Shown here: positions 13,947 to 22,153 of the stretch, one piece after another | Layout: the number at the start of each line of letters is the position of its first letter | Position numbering within the stretch: position 1 is the stretch's first letter | Source of the DNA: Candidatus Geohabitans tengchongensis | GTDB lineage: Bacteria > Sysuimicrobiota > Sysuimicrobiia > Sysuimicrobiales > Humicultoraceae | Direction of reading: 5' to 3' | DNA: 34,623 bases | Assembly (NCBI GenBank): GCA_031459625.1 | Contig: JAVKIH010000002.1 | Coordinates: 1 to 34,623, forward strand | Notes under the pieces: generated by a model | Told to the model about the DNA's origin: nothing | Database searches by the model: none | The model's input: only the letters and a program-made list of their open reading frames with translations | Made by a program: the position numbers and the translations under genes

Positions 13947-14555
13947 TCAGCCAGTGAGCCGCCGCCAGAGCGCCTCCACCTGGCGGCGGGTCTCCTCGAG
14001 GGAGCCGGAGTTGTCGATGACCCAGTCGGCCTCGGCGGCCTTCTCGCGCACGGGGCGCTGCGCCGCCAGGCGCTGGCGCGCCGCCGCCTCGTCCAGGCCA
14101 TCGCGCGCGCGCAGCCGCGCCACCTGGGTGCCTTCGTCGGCCACGACCACGATCACGCCCTCCAGCGGGTAGGCCTGACGGGGTGCGGTGTCGAGCAGCA
14201 GGGGGAGGTCCAGCACGATCACCGCGTCGGCAGGCAGGCGGCGCTGCAGCCGCTCCACCTCCTGGTGCAGGCGCTCGCGCACGGCCGGGTGGACGATGGC
14301 GTTGAGGCGCCGCCGCGCCTCAGGGTCGGCGAAGACGCGGCGGCCCAGGGCGGCCCGGTCGAGGGTGCCGTCGGCCCGGACCACCCCCGGCCCGAAGGCC
14401 TCCACGATCGCCTGGAAGACCGGCGTGCCGGGCTGCTGGAGCTCCCGCACGATGGCGTCGGCGTCCAGGACGACCGCGCCCAGCGCCCGCAGCATGGCGG
14501 CCACGGTGCTCTTCCCGCTGGCCACGCCACCGGTCAGCCCGATGACTCGCGCCAC
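13947..14555 (-). CDS. coaE: Dephospho-CoA kinase
   Basis: VIGLTGGVASGKST, DADAIV, LDRAALG, LNAIVHP; located downstream of polA as usual. Confidence 0.95.
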   Translation of the reverse strand: MARVIGLTGGVASGKSTVAAMLRALGAVVLDADAIVRELQQPGTPVFQAIVEAFGPGVVRADGTLDRAALGRRVFADPEARRRLNAIVHPAVRERLHQEVERLQRRLPADAVIVLDLPLLLDTAPRQAYPLEGVIVVVADEGTQVARLRARDGLDEAAARQRLAAQRPVREKAAEADWVIDNSGSLEETRRQVEALWRRLTG

Positions 14556-14569
14556 CCGCCCGGGCCGCC

Positions 14570-17197
14570 TCAGCGCCGGCCGGCGGCCAGCGCCGGGAGG
14601 GGCGCCATCTCCGCCCAGTTCGGTCCGGCCTTCGCCTCCGTGGTCAGGGGGACGCGCAGGGGGTAGGCCGCTTCCATCACGGCCTGGATCGCCCGCGCCA
14701 CCGGCTCGACCTGCCCCGCCGGCACCTCGAAGAGCAGCTCGTCGTGCACCTGCAGGATCATGCGCACCTCGGGCCAGCGCGGCAGGACGTCGCGGGCCAG
14801 GTCGATCATCGCCTTCTTGATGATGTCCGCGCTGGAGCCCTGGATGGGCGTGTTGATGGCGGTGCGCTCCGCCGCCTCGCGCACCACGCGGTTGCGGCTG
14901 AAGAGGTCGGGCAGGTAGCGGCGCCGGTTGAGCAGCGTGGTGACGTACCCCTCGCGCCGCGCCTGCTCCACGATGCGCTGCATGTAGGCGCGCACGCGCG
15001 GGTAGCGGGCGTAGTAGGCCTCGATGTACCGCTTCGCCTCGGTCTTGGTGATCCCGAGCTGGGCGGCCAGGCCGAACTCGCTCATCCCGTAGGCCACCCC
15101 GAAGACGATGACCTTGGCCCGCCGGCGCAGCTCCGGGGTGACGGCCTCGCGCGGGACGTTGAAGACCTCCATGGCCGTCACGGTGTGCACGTCGTCGCCG
15201 CGGGCGAAGGCCTCGAGCAGCGTGGGGTCCTCGGTGATGTGCGCCAGCACGCGCAGGTCGATCTGGGAGTAGTCGACCCCCAGCAGCAGGCAGCCGTCCG
15301 CGGGGATGATGGCGCGGCGGATCTGGCGGCCCGCCTCGGTGCGGATGGGGATGTTCTGCAGGTTGGGCTCGGCGGAGCTGATGCGCCCCGTGGCCGCCAG
15401 CGTCTGGTTGAAAGTGGTGTGCACCCGACCCGTGCGCGGGTCGACGAGCCGCGGCAGGACGTCCACGTAGGTGCTCTTGAGCTTCACCAGCTCGCGGTGC
15501 TCCACGATGCGGGCGGCGATCTCGTGCTGCCCGGCCAGGTACTCCAGCACCTCGGCGTCGGTGGACAGGCCGGTCTTCGTCTTCTTGAGCGCGGGGAGCT
15601 GCAGCTTCTCGAAGAGGACGAAGGCCACCTGCCGGGGGCTGCTGATGTTGAACTCGGTGCCGGCCAGCCGGTAGATCTCCCGGGTCAGGGCGTCGATGCG
15701 CGCGGCCAGCTCCCGGCTGAGGGCCTGGAGATAGGGGACGTCCACCCGCACGCCGGCGCGCTCCATGGCCGCCAGCACCGGGACGAGGGGCAGCTCGATC
15801 TCGCGGTAGAGCGCCTCCAGCTCGCGCTCGCGCAGGCGGGCCTCCAGCAGCGGGCGCAGGCGGGCCAGGGCGTCGGCGCCGCGGCAGGCCGCCGCACCGA
15901 CGTCGAGGGCCAGCGGGCCCTGCCTCTCCGCCTCCTCGTCCAGGCGCCACCCCAGGTACTCCCAGGCAGCGGTGGCCAGGGTGTGGGTCTTCTTGCCCGG
16001 GTTGAGGAGATAGGCCGCCAGCCCGGCGTCGAAGTCCCACCCGCCCGGGGTCACGCCGAGCCGGGCCAGCGTGTGCAGGTCGGCTTTGAGGTCGCCGCTG
16101 GCCTTGCGCACGCGCGCATCAGCGCACCACGCCGCCAGGGCCTCGGGCAGCCGGTCGTCCAGGGGGAGGTGGCGGGCCCGTCCGGCCCGCCCCGCCACGG
16201 CGATCCCCCGCAGGGCGGCCGTCAGGGGATGCCCGGGCTCGCGCACCAGGTAGACGCCGGCCTCCGCGGTGGCCTCGGCGAGCAGGGCGGAGACGTCGTC
16301 GGCCGCCCCGTACTCCCCGTCGACCGGGACGGCAGCCGGCGTCCCGCCCAGGCGCTCCAGCAGCGTCTTGAACTCCAGGGCCTTGAAGAGGCGCTCGACC
16401 GCGGCGCGGTCCGGCTCCCGCCGCGCCAGGTCCTCCCACCGCCATGACAGCGGCGCGGGCACCACCGTGGCCAGGTGCTTGCTCTGCAGGATCTGGGCCG
16501 CGTGCGCCCGCAGCCGCTCCCGCAGCCGGGGCGGCGCCTCGTCGAGCCGGTCGAGCAGCGCCTCCACGGTGCCGAACTGCGCCACGAGCTGCGCCGCCGT
16601 CTTCTCGCCGATCCCCGGCACGCCGGGGATGTTGTCGGTGGGCTCCCCCTTGAGCGCCTTGAAGTCGGGCAGGCGCTCGGGCGGGAAGCCGAAGCGGGCG
16701 CGCACCCGCGCCTCGTCGTAGGTGGTCGTCTCGGTGACGCCGCGGCTCGTGATCATCACCCGGATCCCCGGGCGGACGAGCTGGAGGAGGTCCAGGTCGC
16801 CGCTCACGATCAGCACGTCGAACCCGTCCTCGACCCCGCGCAGCGCCAGGGCGGCGATGACGTCCTCCGCCTCGTACCCTTCGACCTCGAAGATGGGGAT
16901 GCGGAAGTGCTCGAGGACCTCCTGGCTCAGCGCGAGCTGCGGGCGCAGGTCGTCGGGCATGCGCTCCCGGTGGGCCTTGTAGGCCTCGTAGGCGCGGTGC
17001 CGGAAAGTCGGGGCGGCGCGGTCGTAGGCGGCGGCCAGGAAGTCGGGCGCCTCCTCCTCCAGGACCTTGAGGAGCATGCTGGTGAAGCCGTAGACGGCGT
17101 TGGTCGGCCGGCCGTCCGTGGTGGTGAAGTAGGGCAGGGCGAAGAAGGCGCGGTAGACCAGGCCGTTGGCGTCGAGCAGGACGAGCTTCCGGGTCAC
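14570..17197 (-). CDS. polA: DNA polymerase I
   Basis: 5' nuclease LLDANGLVYRAFFALP; polymerase motifs DYSQIDLR, RRRAK..FG..YG and QVHDEL. GTG start at 17197. Confidence 0.97.
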   Translation of the reverse strand: MTRKLVLLDANGLVYRAFFALPYFTTTDGRPTNAVYGFTSMLLKVLEEEAPDFLAAAYDRAAPTFRHRAYEAYKAHRERMPDDLRPQLALSQEVLEHFRIPIFEVEGYEAEDVIAALALRGVEDGFDVLIVSGDLDLLQLVRPGIRVMITSRGVTETTTYDEARVRARFGFPPERLPDFKALKGEPTDNIPGVPGIGEKTAAQLVAQFGTVEALLDRLDEAPPRLRERLRAHAAQILQSKHLATVVPAPLSWRWEDLARREPDRAAVERLFKALEFKTLLERLGGTPAAVPVDGEYGAADDVSALLAEATAEAGVYLVREPGHPLTAALRGIAVAGRAGRARHLPLDDRLPEALAAWCADARVRKASGDLKADLHTLARLGVTPGGWDFDAGLAAYLLNPGKKTHTLATAAWEYLGWRLDEEAERQGPLALDVGAAACRGADALARLRPLLEARLRERELEALYREIELPLVPVLAAMERAGVRVDVPYLQALSRELAARIDALTREIYRLAGTEFNISSPRQVAFVLFEKLQLPALKKTKTGLSTDAEVLEYLAGQHEIAARIVEHRELVKLKSTYVDVLPRLVDPRTGRVHTTFNQTLAATGRISSAEPNLQNIPIRTEAGRQIRRAIIPADGCLLLGVDYSQIDLRVLAHITEDPTLLEAFARGDDVHTVTAMEVFNVPREAVTPELRRRAKVIVFGVAYGMSEFGLAAQLGITKTEAKRYIEAYYARYPRVRAYMQRIVEQARREGYVTTLLNRRRYLPDLFSRNRVVREAAERTAINTPIQGSSADIIKKAMIDLARDVLPRWPEVRMILQVHDELLFEVPAGQVEPVARAIQAVMEAAYPLRVPLTTEAKAGPNWAEMAPLPALAAGRR

Positions 17198-17203
17198 GGG
17201 GTC

Positions 17204-17209
17204 AGTATA
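17204..17209 (-). promoter_or_regulatory. -10 element for a leaderless polA transcript
   Basis: TATACT lies 6 nt before the GTG; no SD sequence. Confidence 0.6.
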
Positions 17210-17253
17210 CTCTGCGGCCCGCCCGGGCCAGCGCCCACTCCCGGCAAGAGGCG

Positions 17254-17547
17254 GTGGGACACCTCCTCGACGTCGGAGGTGCGCGGTCAGGAGCCGCCCG
17301 CAACTTCCTGCGCGGGGTCTGGCTCGGCCACCCCCCTCCACCCGGTCCTGGTGGACCTCCCCATCGGCGCCTGGGGTGCTCCCTGGCCGAGGACCGGCTG
17401 GAGGGGGAGACAATTGTCTGCCCCTGCCACGGGTCGCGGGTCGCGCTCGCCGACGGCCGCGCGCTGGAGGGCCCAAGAGCCTACCCCCAGACGGTCCTGG
17501 AGACGCGGGTCCACAACGGCCAGGTGGAGGTCAGGCGCGCGGAGTAG
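17254..17547 (+). pseudogene. DUF2231-like/Rieske [2Fe-2S] protein remnant with a large internal deletion
   Basis: RNFLRGVWLGHP/LHPVLVDLPIGAW is joined directly to LGCSLAE..IVCPCHGSR..EGP..YPQ..ETRV.NGQVEVR. The first Rieske CxH motif is missing. Confidence 0.75.
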
Positions 17548-17555
17548 CGAGGGGC

Positions 17556-18725
17556 TCACACGGGGGAGGGGCCGCGGCGCAGCCAACGCCGCAGCCCCCA
17601 TCCCCCGAGGCCCAGCACGGCCAGGGGGGTGACCGCGCCGAGCACGACCAGCACCCACTCCGTCGCCGCCAGGACCTGCCGCACCGTCCCCAGGAAGGCC
17701 TGGCGGACCTTCGGCAGGGTGGCGCCCAGATCCCAGAGACGCACCGGGACACCGCCCGGCCGCTCCCGCACCGTCACCTCGATCGTGGCGAAGTCGACTC
17801 GCTCCCCCAGCATGCGCAAGCGGCCGGCCAGCGTCTCGATCTCCCCGCGCACGCGGGCCAGTTCCTGCTCGATGGTCAGCAGGTCCGACACCCGCCCTGC
17901 GCGGTCCATCAGCGCCAGGAGCTGCCGCTCGTGCCGCTCCAGGTTGCGCAGGCGGGCCCGCAGGTCCACCAGCTGCTCCGAGACGTCCTCGCCGCGCACC
18001 TCCCGCTGCTCCACCTGCCCGAGCGCCTCCACCTCCTCCAGCGCCCGGTGGAACCGCGGCGCGGGGACGCGCAGGACGTAGCGGCTCTCCCCCCGCTGCC
18101 GGTCGGTGCTGGAGGCGGCCACGAACCCGCCACCCTGCTCGGCGATGCGCACCAGCGCGGCGGACGCGTCCGCCAGGCGGGCGACGAGCAGCGTCACGCT
18201 GGCCTGGTGCACCACCTGGCGGATGACGGGTGCGGTGCCGGCGCCGCTGCCCACCGTCTGTACCGCCGGTTGCAGCGCCGGGGTGGCCGGTGCCCGCCCC
18301 GGGGCGGACGGCGCCCCCGGCCCCAGGCGCGGCAGGGCGGTGCCGACCTCGTCCTCTGGGACGGCCTGCTGCCAGAGGTTCGCGGCGAAGAGCCCGACCA
18401 GGAGGATCGCCACCGCCGCCCCGGCGAGGCGCCACGCCGACCCCTCGAGCGATGGGGGGAGTCGGCTGAGCCACAGGCCCGGCCAGCGGCGCTCACGCCG
18501 CAGCCGGTCGTAGACCGCGGCCCGCACGGCCGGCGGCGCGGAGACGGGGCCGAGGGCACGCACCGCGCCCACCGTCTGCTCCAGCGCGTCGAGCCGCGCG
18601 CGACAGGACGGGCAGGCCTCCAGGTGCCCCTCCAGCACCGCGCGCGTCTGGGCGTCAACCTCGTGGTCCAGGTAGGCCGAGAGGTCGTCGGCGGACGGGT
18701 GCGTGTTGGCGAGATGCGTGCTCAT
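17556..18725 (-). CDS. Zinc-finger anti-sigma factor with DUF4349-like domain
   Basis: LSAYLD..HLEACPSC (HxxxCxxC), TM helix, EDVSEQLVDLRARL..IEQELARVRGEIE, C-terminal TM; start overlaps the sigma-factor stop. Confidence 0.85.
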   Translation of the reverse strand: MSTHLANTHPSADDLSAYLDHEVDAQTRAVLEGHLEACPSCRARLDALEQTVGAVRALGPVSAPPAVRAAVYDRLRRERRWPGLWLSRLPPSLEGSAWRLAGAAVAILLVGLFAANLWQQAVPEDEVGTALPRLGPGAPSAPGRAPATPALQPAVQTVGSGAGTAPVIRQVVHQASVTLLVARLADASAALVRIAEQGGGFVAASSTDRQRGESRYVLRVPAPRFHRALEEVEALGQVEQREVRGEDVSEQLVDLRARLRNLERHERQLLALMDRAGRVSDLLTIEQELARVRGEIETLAGRLRMLGERVDFATIEVTVRERPGGVPVRLWDLGATLPKVRQAFLGTVRQVLAATEWVLVVLGAVTPLAVLGLGGWGLRRWLRRGPSPV

Positions 18726-19387
18726 GGCGCGTCCTCCACCACACCCAGGTCCCGGAGCGCCTGGCGGAGCGCCTCCCGCGCCCGGCTGAGCCGGGAGCGG
18801 ACGGTCCCGATGGGGATCCCCAGGACACCGGCGATCTCCTCGTAGGCCATCCCCTGCAGGTCGCGCAGCACGACGATGGTGCGGTGCGGCGGGGAGAGCC
18901 GGGCCAGCGCCGCCTGCACGCGGCGCTCCGCCTCCCGGCGCTCCAGCTCCAGGTCCGGGTTGTGGGCGGCGGCCGCGAGCGTCACCTCGTCGAGCCCCGC
19001 GGGGGGCGCCTGGGGGCGCCGGCGCACCAGGTCGAGCGCGGTGTTCACGGCGATCCGGTGTAGCCAGGTCCCGAAGGCAGCGTGGTGGCGGTAGCGCGGC
19101 AGCGCGCGGTAGGCCTTGATGAAGGTCTCCTGCGTGACGTCGCGCGCGTCCTCCGCATTGCCGGTGACGCGGTAGGCCAGATGGTAGATCCGGTCCTGGT
19201 GGATGAGGACGAGGCGGTCGAAGGCTTCCAGGTCACCGCGCTGGCTGCGCTCGATGAGGGCGCCCTCATCGACGTCCGCGCCGGCGCCCCGGTCCGCCGG
19301 TCTGGCGGCATCCCGGCCCGCCGGGTCCTCGGGACCACGGACCTGCGGCCTCCCCGTCACCAGTCCCATCCGCGCGGCGTCCTGCAT
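18722..19387 (-). CDS. ECF sigma-70 factor (SigW/SigE-like); start at 19387 or 19369
   Basis: DARDVTQETFIKA (region 2), FGTWLHRIAVN and YEEIAGVLGIPIGTVRSRLSRAR (region 4). Confidence 0.93.
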   Translation of the reverse strand: MQDAARMGLVTGRPQVRGPEDPAGRDAARPADRGAGADVDEGALIERSQRGDLEAFDRLVLIHQDRIYHLAYRVTGNAEDARDVTQETFIKAYRALPRYRHHAAFGTWLHRIAVNTALDLVRRRPQAPPAGLDEVTLAAAAHNPDLELERREAERRVQAALARLSPPHRTIVVLRDLQGMAYEEIAGVLGIPIGTVRSRLSRAREALRQALRDLGVVEDAP

Positions 19388-19395
19388 CCGCCCCC

Positions 19396-19423
19396 TTAGA
19401 CGAGGGGAACAGGCGGGGGTTCC
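19396..19423 (-). promoter_or_regulatory. ECF-type (probably autoregulatory) promoter
   Basis: GGAAC-N16-CGTCTAA just upstream of the sigma gene. Confidence 0.7.
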
Positions 19424-19447
19424 CCCGGCCGACGCCCTCCTCTGCGA

Positions 19448-19456
19448 TGCTATACT
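19448..19456 (+). promoter_or_regulatory. Extended -10 for the tRNA gene
   Basis: TGcTATACT, 16 nt upstream of the tRNA. Confidence 0.65.
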
Positions 19457-19472
19457 GACGGACAGAGCGTGC

Positions 19473-19561
19473 GCCGGGCTGGCGGAACTGGCATTCGCGG
19501 CAGACTCAAAATCTGCTGGGGCTGACGCCCCGTGAGGGTTCGACTCCCTCGCCCGGCACCA
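19473..19561 (+). tRNA. tRNA-Leu (CAA)
   Basis: Acceptor GCCGGGC/GCCCGGC, anticodon arm GCAGA-CT-CAA-AA-TCTGC, long variable arm, GGTTCGACTCC T-loop and encoded CCA. Confidence 0.96.
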
Positions 19562-20744
19562 CCCCCCGGGGCTCCTGCGCAGCGGTGCTCCCGATCCCCT
19601 CCCTATCCGGCCCTTCGACCTCTCGTCCCGCACCCGGGTCGTCCGAGAACACGTCGAAGTACCGCGCGTAGAAGCGGGCCAGCCACGCCGGGCGGGCCAT
19701 GGCGGCCGCAGTCCAGCCCAGCACGGGCCTGGGGAGGAGGAGCGTCCCTGCCGTCAGCCAGGTGAGCCAGCGGAACCGGGCGGCGGAGCGCCGCAGGAAC
19801 CGGGTATAGGCGTCGGCAGCCGCGGCCGCGCTGATACGGCCCTCGAGCGCGGCGGCGAGCAGCCCCCCGCAGACTGTGCCGGCGAGCAGGGCGGTGCGGA
19901 TCCCCTCCCCCGTCAGCGGCAGGCAGTGCCCGCCGGCGTCCCCTGCGGGGAACACGCCGGCCCGCGGCAGGGGACGCAGCCCCGTGGCCAGGAAGCCGCC
20001 GTGGAGCGAGCCGGGGGTGAGCCCGAACCGGGCCAGGAAGGCGCGCAGCGCCGGCAGCAGCTTCGTCCGTCCCCGGTAGCTGAGGACCCCGAACCGTGTC
20101 ACGGGTCCACTCGGGAAGGCCCAGGCATAGCCGTCGCGCACCTCAGGGAGGAAGGCGAAGCGCAATCCGTCATCCATCGGCGCCGGCAGCTCGGTCTCCA
20201 CCCCAAAGGCGGTGCGGCGTCCGGGGAGGGCCCGGGCTAGCGGGGAGCGCGGCCCCATGGCGTCGACGACGAAGCGCGTCCGGACCGTGCCCGCCGCGGT
20301 GTGCACCTCCAGCCATCCGCCGGGTGCGGGGGTCCGGGTCACGCCTGTGACGGCGGCCAGGTGAAAACGCGCCCCCGAGGCGGCGAACGCCAGGCGGCAG
20401 AACGCGGCGTAGTCGATGGTGCCGAAGGGACGCGGCAGGGGCCAGGTCGTGGTGCGCCGGTCGACGGTGATCACCAGCCGGTCGTGCCGCTGGAGGACGG
20501 CCGCTCCTGCGTCCATGCGCTCCACCAGGTGGACCGGCAGGGCACAGGCGGAGGTCTGGTGCGCGCCCAGCGGGGCGCGGTCCAGGACGAGGGCCCGGGG
20601 CCCCAGCGCACGGGCGGCGGCCAGCCCCGCGAAGCTCGCCCCCGCGACCACGACGTCTGCGCACTCGGGCAACGGCGTGCGCGGGGGAGGGGTGGGCGCT
20701 GCGGCGGGAGCGCTCCCGCCGGGCATGAGCCAGGCGCCCCTCAT
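19506..20744 (-). CDS. FAD-dependent oxidoreductase (geranylgeranyl reductase-like)
   Basis: DVVVAGASFAGLAAA, DAMG, GYAWAFP and GDAGG..PLTGEGI motifs. Confidence 0.85.
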   Translation of the reverse strand: MRGAWLMPGGSAPAAAPTPPPRTPLPECADVVVAGASFAGLAAARALGPRALVLDRAPLGAHQTSACALPVHLVERMDAGAAVLQRHDRLVITVDRRTTTWPLPRPFGTIDYAAFCRLAFAASGARFHLAAVTGVTRTPAPGGWLEVHTAAGTVRTRFVVDAMGPRSPLARALPGRRTAFGVETELPAPMDDGLRFAFLPEVRDGYAWAFPSGPVTRFGVLSYRGRTKLLPALRAFLARFGLTPGSLHGGFLATGLRPLPRAGVFPAGDAGGHCLPLTGEGIRTALLAGTVCGGLLAAALEGRISAAAAADAYTRFLRRSAARFRWLTWLTAGTLLLPRPVLGWTAAAMARPAWLARFYARYFDVFSDDPGAGREVEGPDREGIGSTAAQEPRGVVPGEGVEPSRGVSPSRF

Positions 20745-21493
20745 CGCACCGGCCGGGCCCGCTCGAACCGGATGGTGCCGGTGTAGGGAGGGACCTGGAG
20801 GGAGGGGTGACGGGTGATCTGCACGGAGAGGCCGAGCCCCCGGAGCCCCTCGACGAGCCCGCCGCGGATGGTGAGCGCCTCCTGCAGCGTCTGCGGGTCA
20901 CCCAGGGCCGTGATGCGGTAGGGGGCGGTGAGGCGCCGCAGGTTCACCACAACCGTCCCGCCGACCTGGCTGAACCCGGTCATTGCGGTGACCCGCTGCC
21001 CGTTCACGGCCACGGCCTCGGCGCCGGCCGCCCACAGCTCGTTCACCACGCCGACCAGATCCTGGTAGGTGACGATCACCGGGGCGGCGCCGGCCGGCTG
21101 GACGGGCGCGTCACGCAGGACGACGACCACGCCCGGCCCCTCCATGGCCACGAGGCCCAGCGCCATGCGCAGCTGCTCCACCTCGTGGGTGAGGGAGGCG
21201 GCCAGGCTGCGCCCCTGGGCCTGGGCGCGCTCGTAGCGCTCCAGCTGCTTCCGCAGCGCCGCCACCTGCCCTTCCAGGGCACGACGGGCCTCGCGCTCCT
21301 CCCGCAGGAGGCTGGCCAGCGCGTAGACGTTGCGCGTGGGGACTTCGGCCTGCTCGGCCACGAGCTCGCGGCCGGTGCGGAGCTGGACCACCAGCAGGAA
21401 ACCCAGGGCCATGAGGACGAGGGCGGCCAGCGGCTGCCACACCGGCAACCGGGTCCGCACCCGCGCGGCGGAGGCCAGCAGGTCGTGGGCCAT
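20741..21493 (-). CDS. DUF881 family protein
   Basis: N-terminal TM, coiled coil, GPGVVV.L.D, DL..VVNELWAAGAEAVAVNGQR, PY.I.ALGD. Confidence 0.9.
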   Translation of the reverse strand: MAHDLLASAARVRTRLPVWQPLAALVLMALGFLLVVQLRTGRELVAEQAEVPTRNVYALASLLREEREARRALEGQVAALRKQLERYERAQAQGRSLAASLTHEVEQLRMALGLVAMEGPGVVVVLRDAPVQPAGAAPVIVTYQDLVGVVNELWAAGAEAVAVNGQRVTAMTGFSQVGGTVVVNLRRLTAPYRITALGDPQTLQEALTIRGGLVEGLRGLGLSVQITRHPSLQVPPYTGTIRFERARPVR

Positions 21494-22153
21494 TCAGCGG
21501 GCTCCGGAGGCGACCAGACGCCGCTCCAGCTCCCGGGCCCCCTCCGTACCGAGGAAGGGGCCGACGAAGCGGCCGGCGATGCGCCCCTGCGGGTCGATGA
21601 AGATCGAGGTGGGCAGCCCGGTCACCCGGAACTGCCGCATCAGGTCACCTGCGGCGTCGAAGACCGCCGGGTAGGTGATCCCGTGGGTCCCCAGGAAGGC
21701 CCTGGCGGCCTCGTACTCGTCCACCACGGCCACGCCCAGCACCACCACGCCCCGGTGGCGGAACGCCTGCGCCGTGCGCTCCAGCACGGGCGCCTCCTCC
21801 CTGCACGGGACGCACCAGGAGGCGAAGAAGTTCAGCAGGACGGTGCGGCCGCGGAAGTCGCTCAGGCGGACCGGCCGGCCGTCGCGCAGCGACGGGCGCA
21901 CGAAGTCCGGAGCCGGCGGACGCGACACGACCGGGAGCATCCCCGGCAGTTCCGGGAGCGCGGGGGCCCGCGGGACCCCGGGGGCGGTGGCCGGCCGTGC
22001 GACCACCTCCGGGAGCGGGGGCCGCGCCGGGGCGAGGACGCCGCGGGCCGCGGCCAGCGCCAGCCCGCCCGCGGCCAGGAGTGCCAGGAGCCACAGCCCC
22101 GCTCCCAGGCGCCAGAGGCGACGGCGCGGAGCGCTGAGCGGGTGGTCGGTCAC
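21494..22153 (-). CDS. TlpA/ResA-like membrane-anchored thiol-disulfide oxidoreductase
   Basis: LLNFFASWCVPCREE and GLPTSIFID; N-terminal TM. Confidence 0.92.
   Translation of the reverse strand: MTDHPLSAPRRRLWRLGAGLWLLALLAAGGLALAAARGVLAPARPPLPEVVARPATAPGVPRAPALPELPGMLPVVSRPPAPDFVRPSLRDGRPVRLSDFRGRTVLLNFFASWCVPCREEAPVLERTAQAFRHRGVVVLGVAVVDEYEAARAFLGTHGITYPAVFDAAGDLMRQFRVTGLPTSIFIDPQGRIAGRFVGPFLGTEGARELERRLVASGAR

Noticed and set aside
17198..17476. N-terminal extension of PolA in the track
   Set aside because: It overlaps the opposite-strand Rieske remnant; the -10 position and homology support 17197.
19473..19561. tRNA-Leu as an integration site of an island
   Set aside because: No duplicate of the tRNA 3' end and no adjacent integrase were seen in the window.
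19388..19633. N-terminal extension of the ECF sigma factor in the track
   Set aside because: It would span the tRNA and both promoters.
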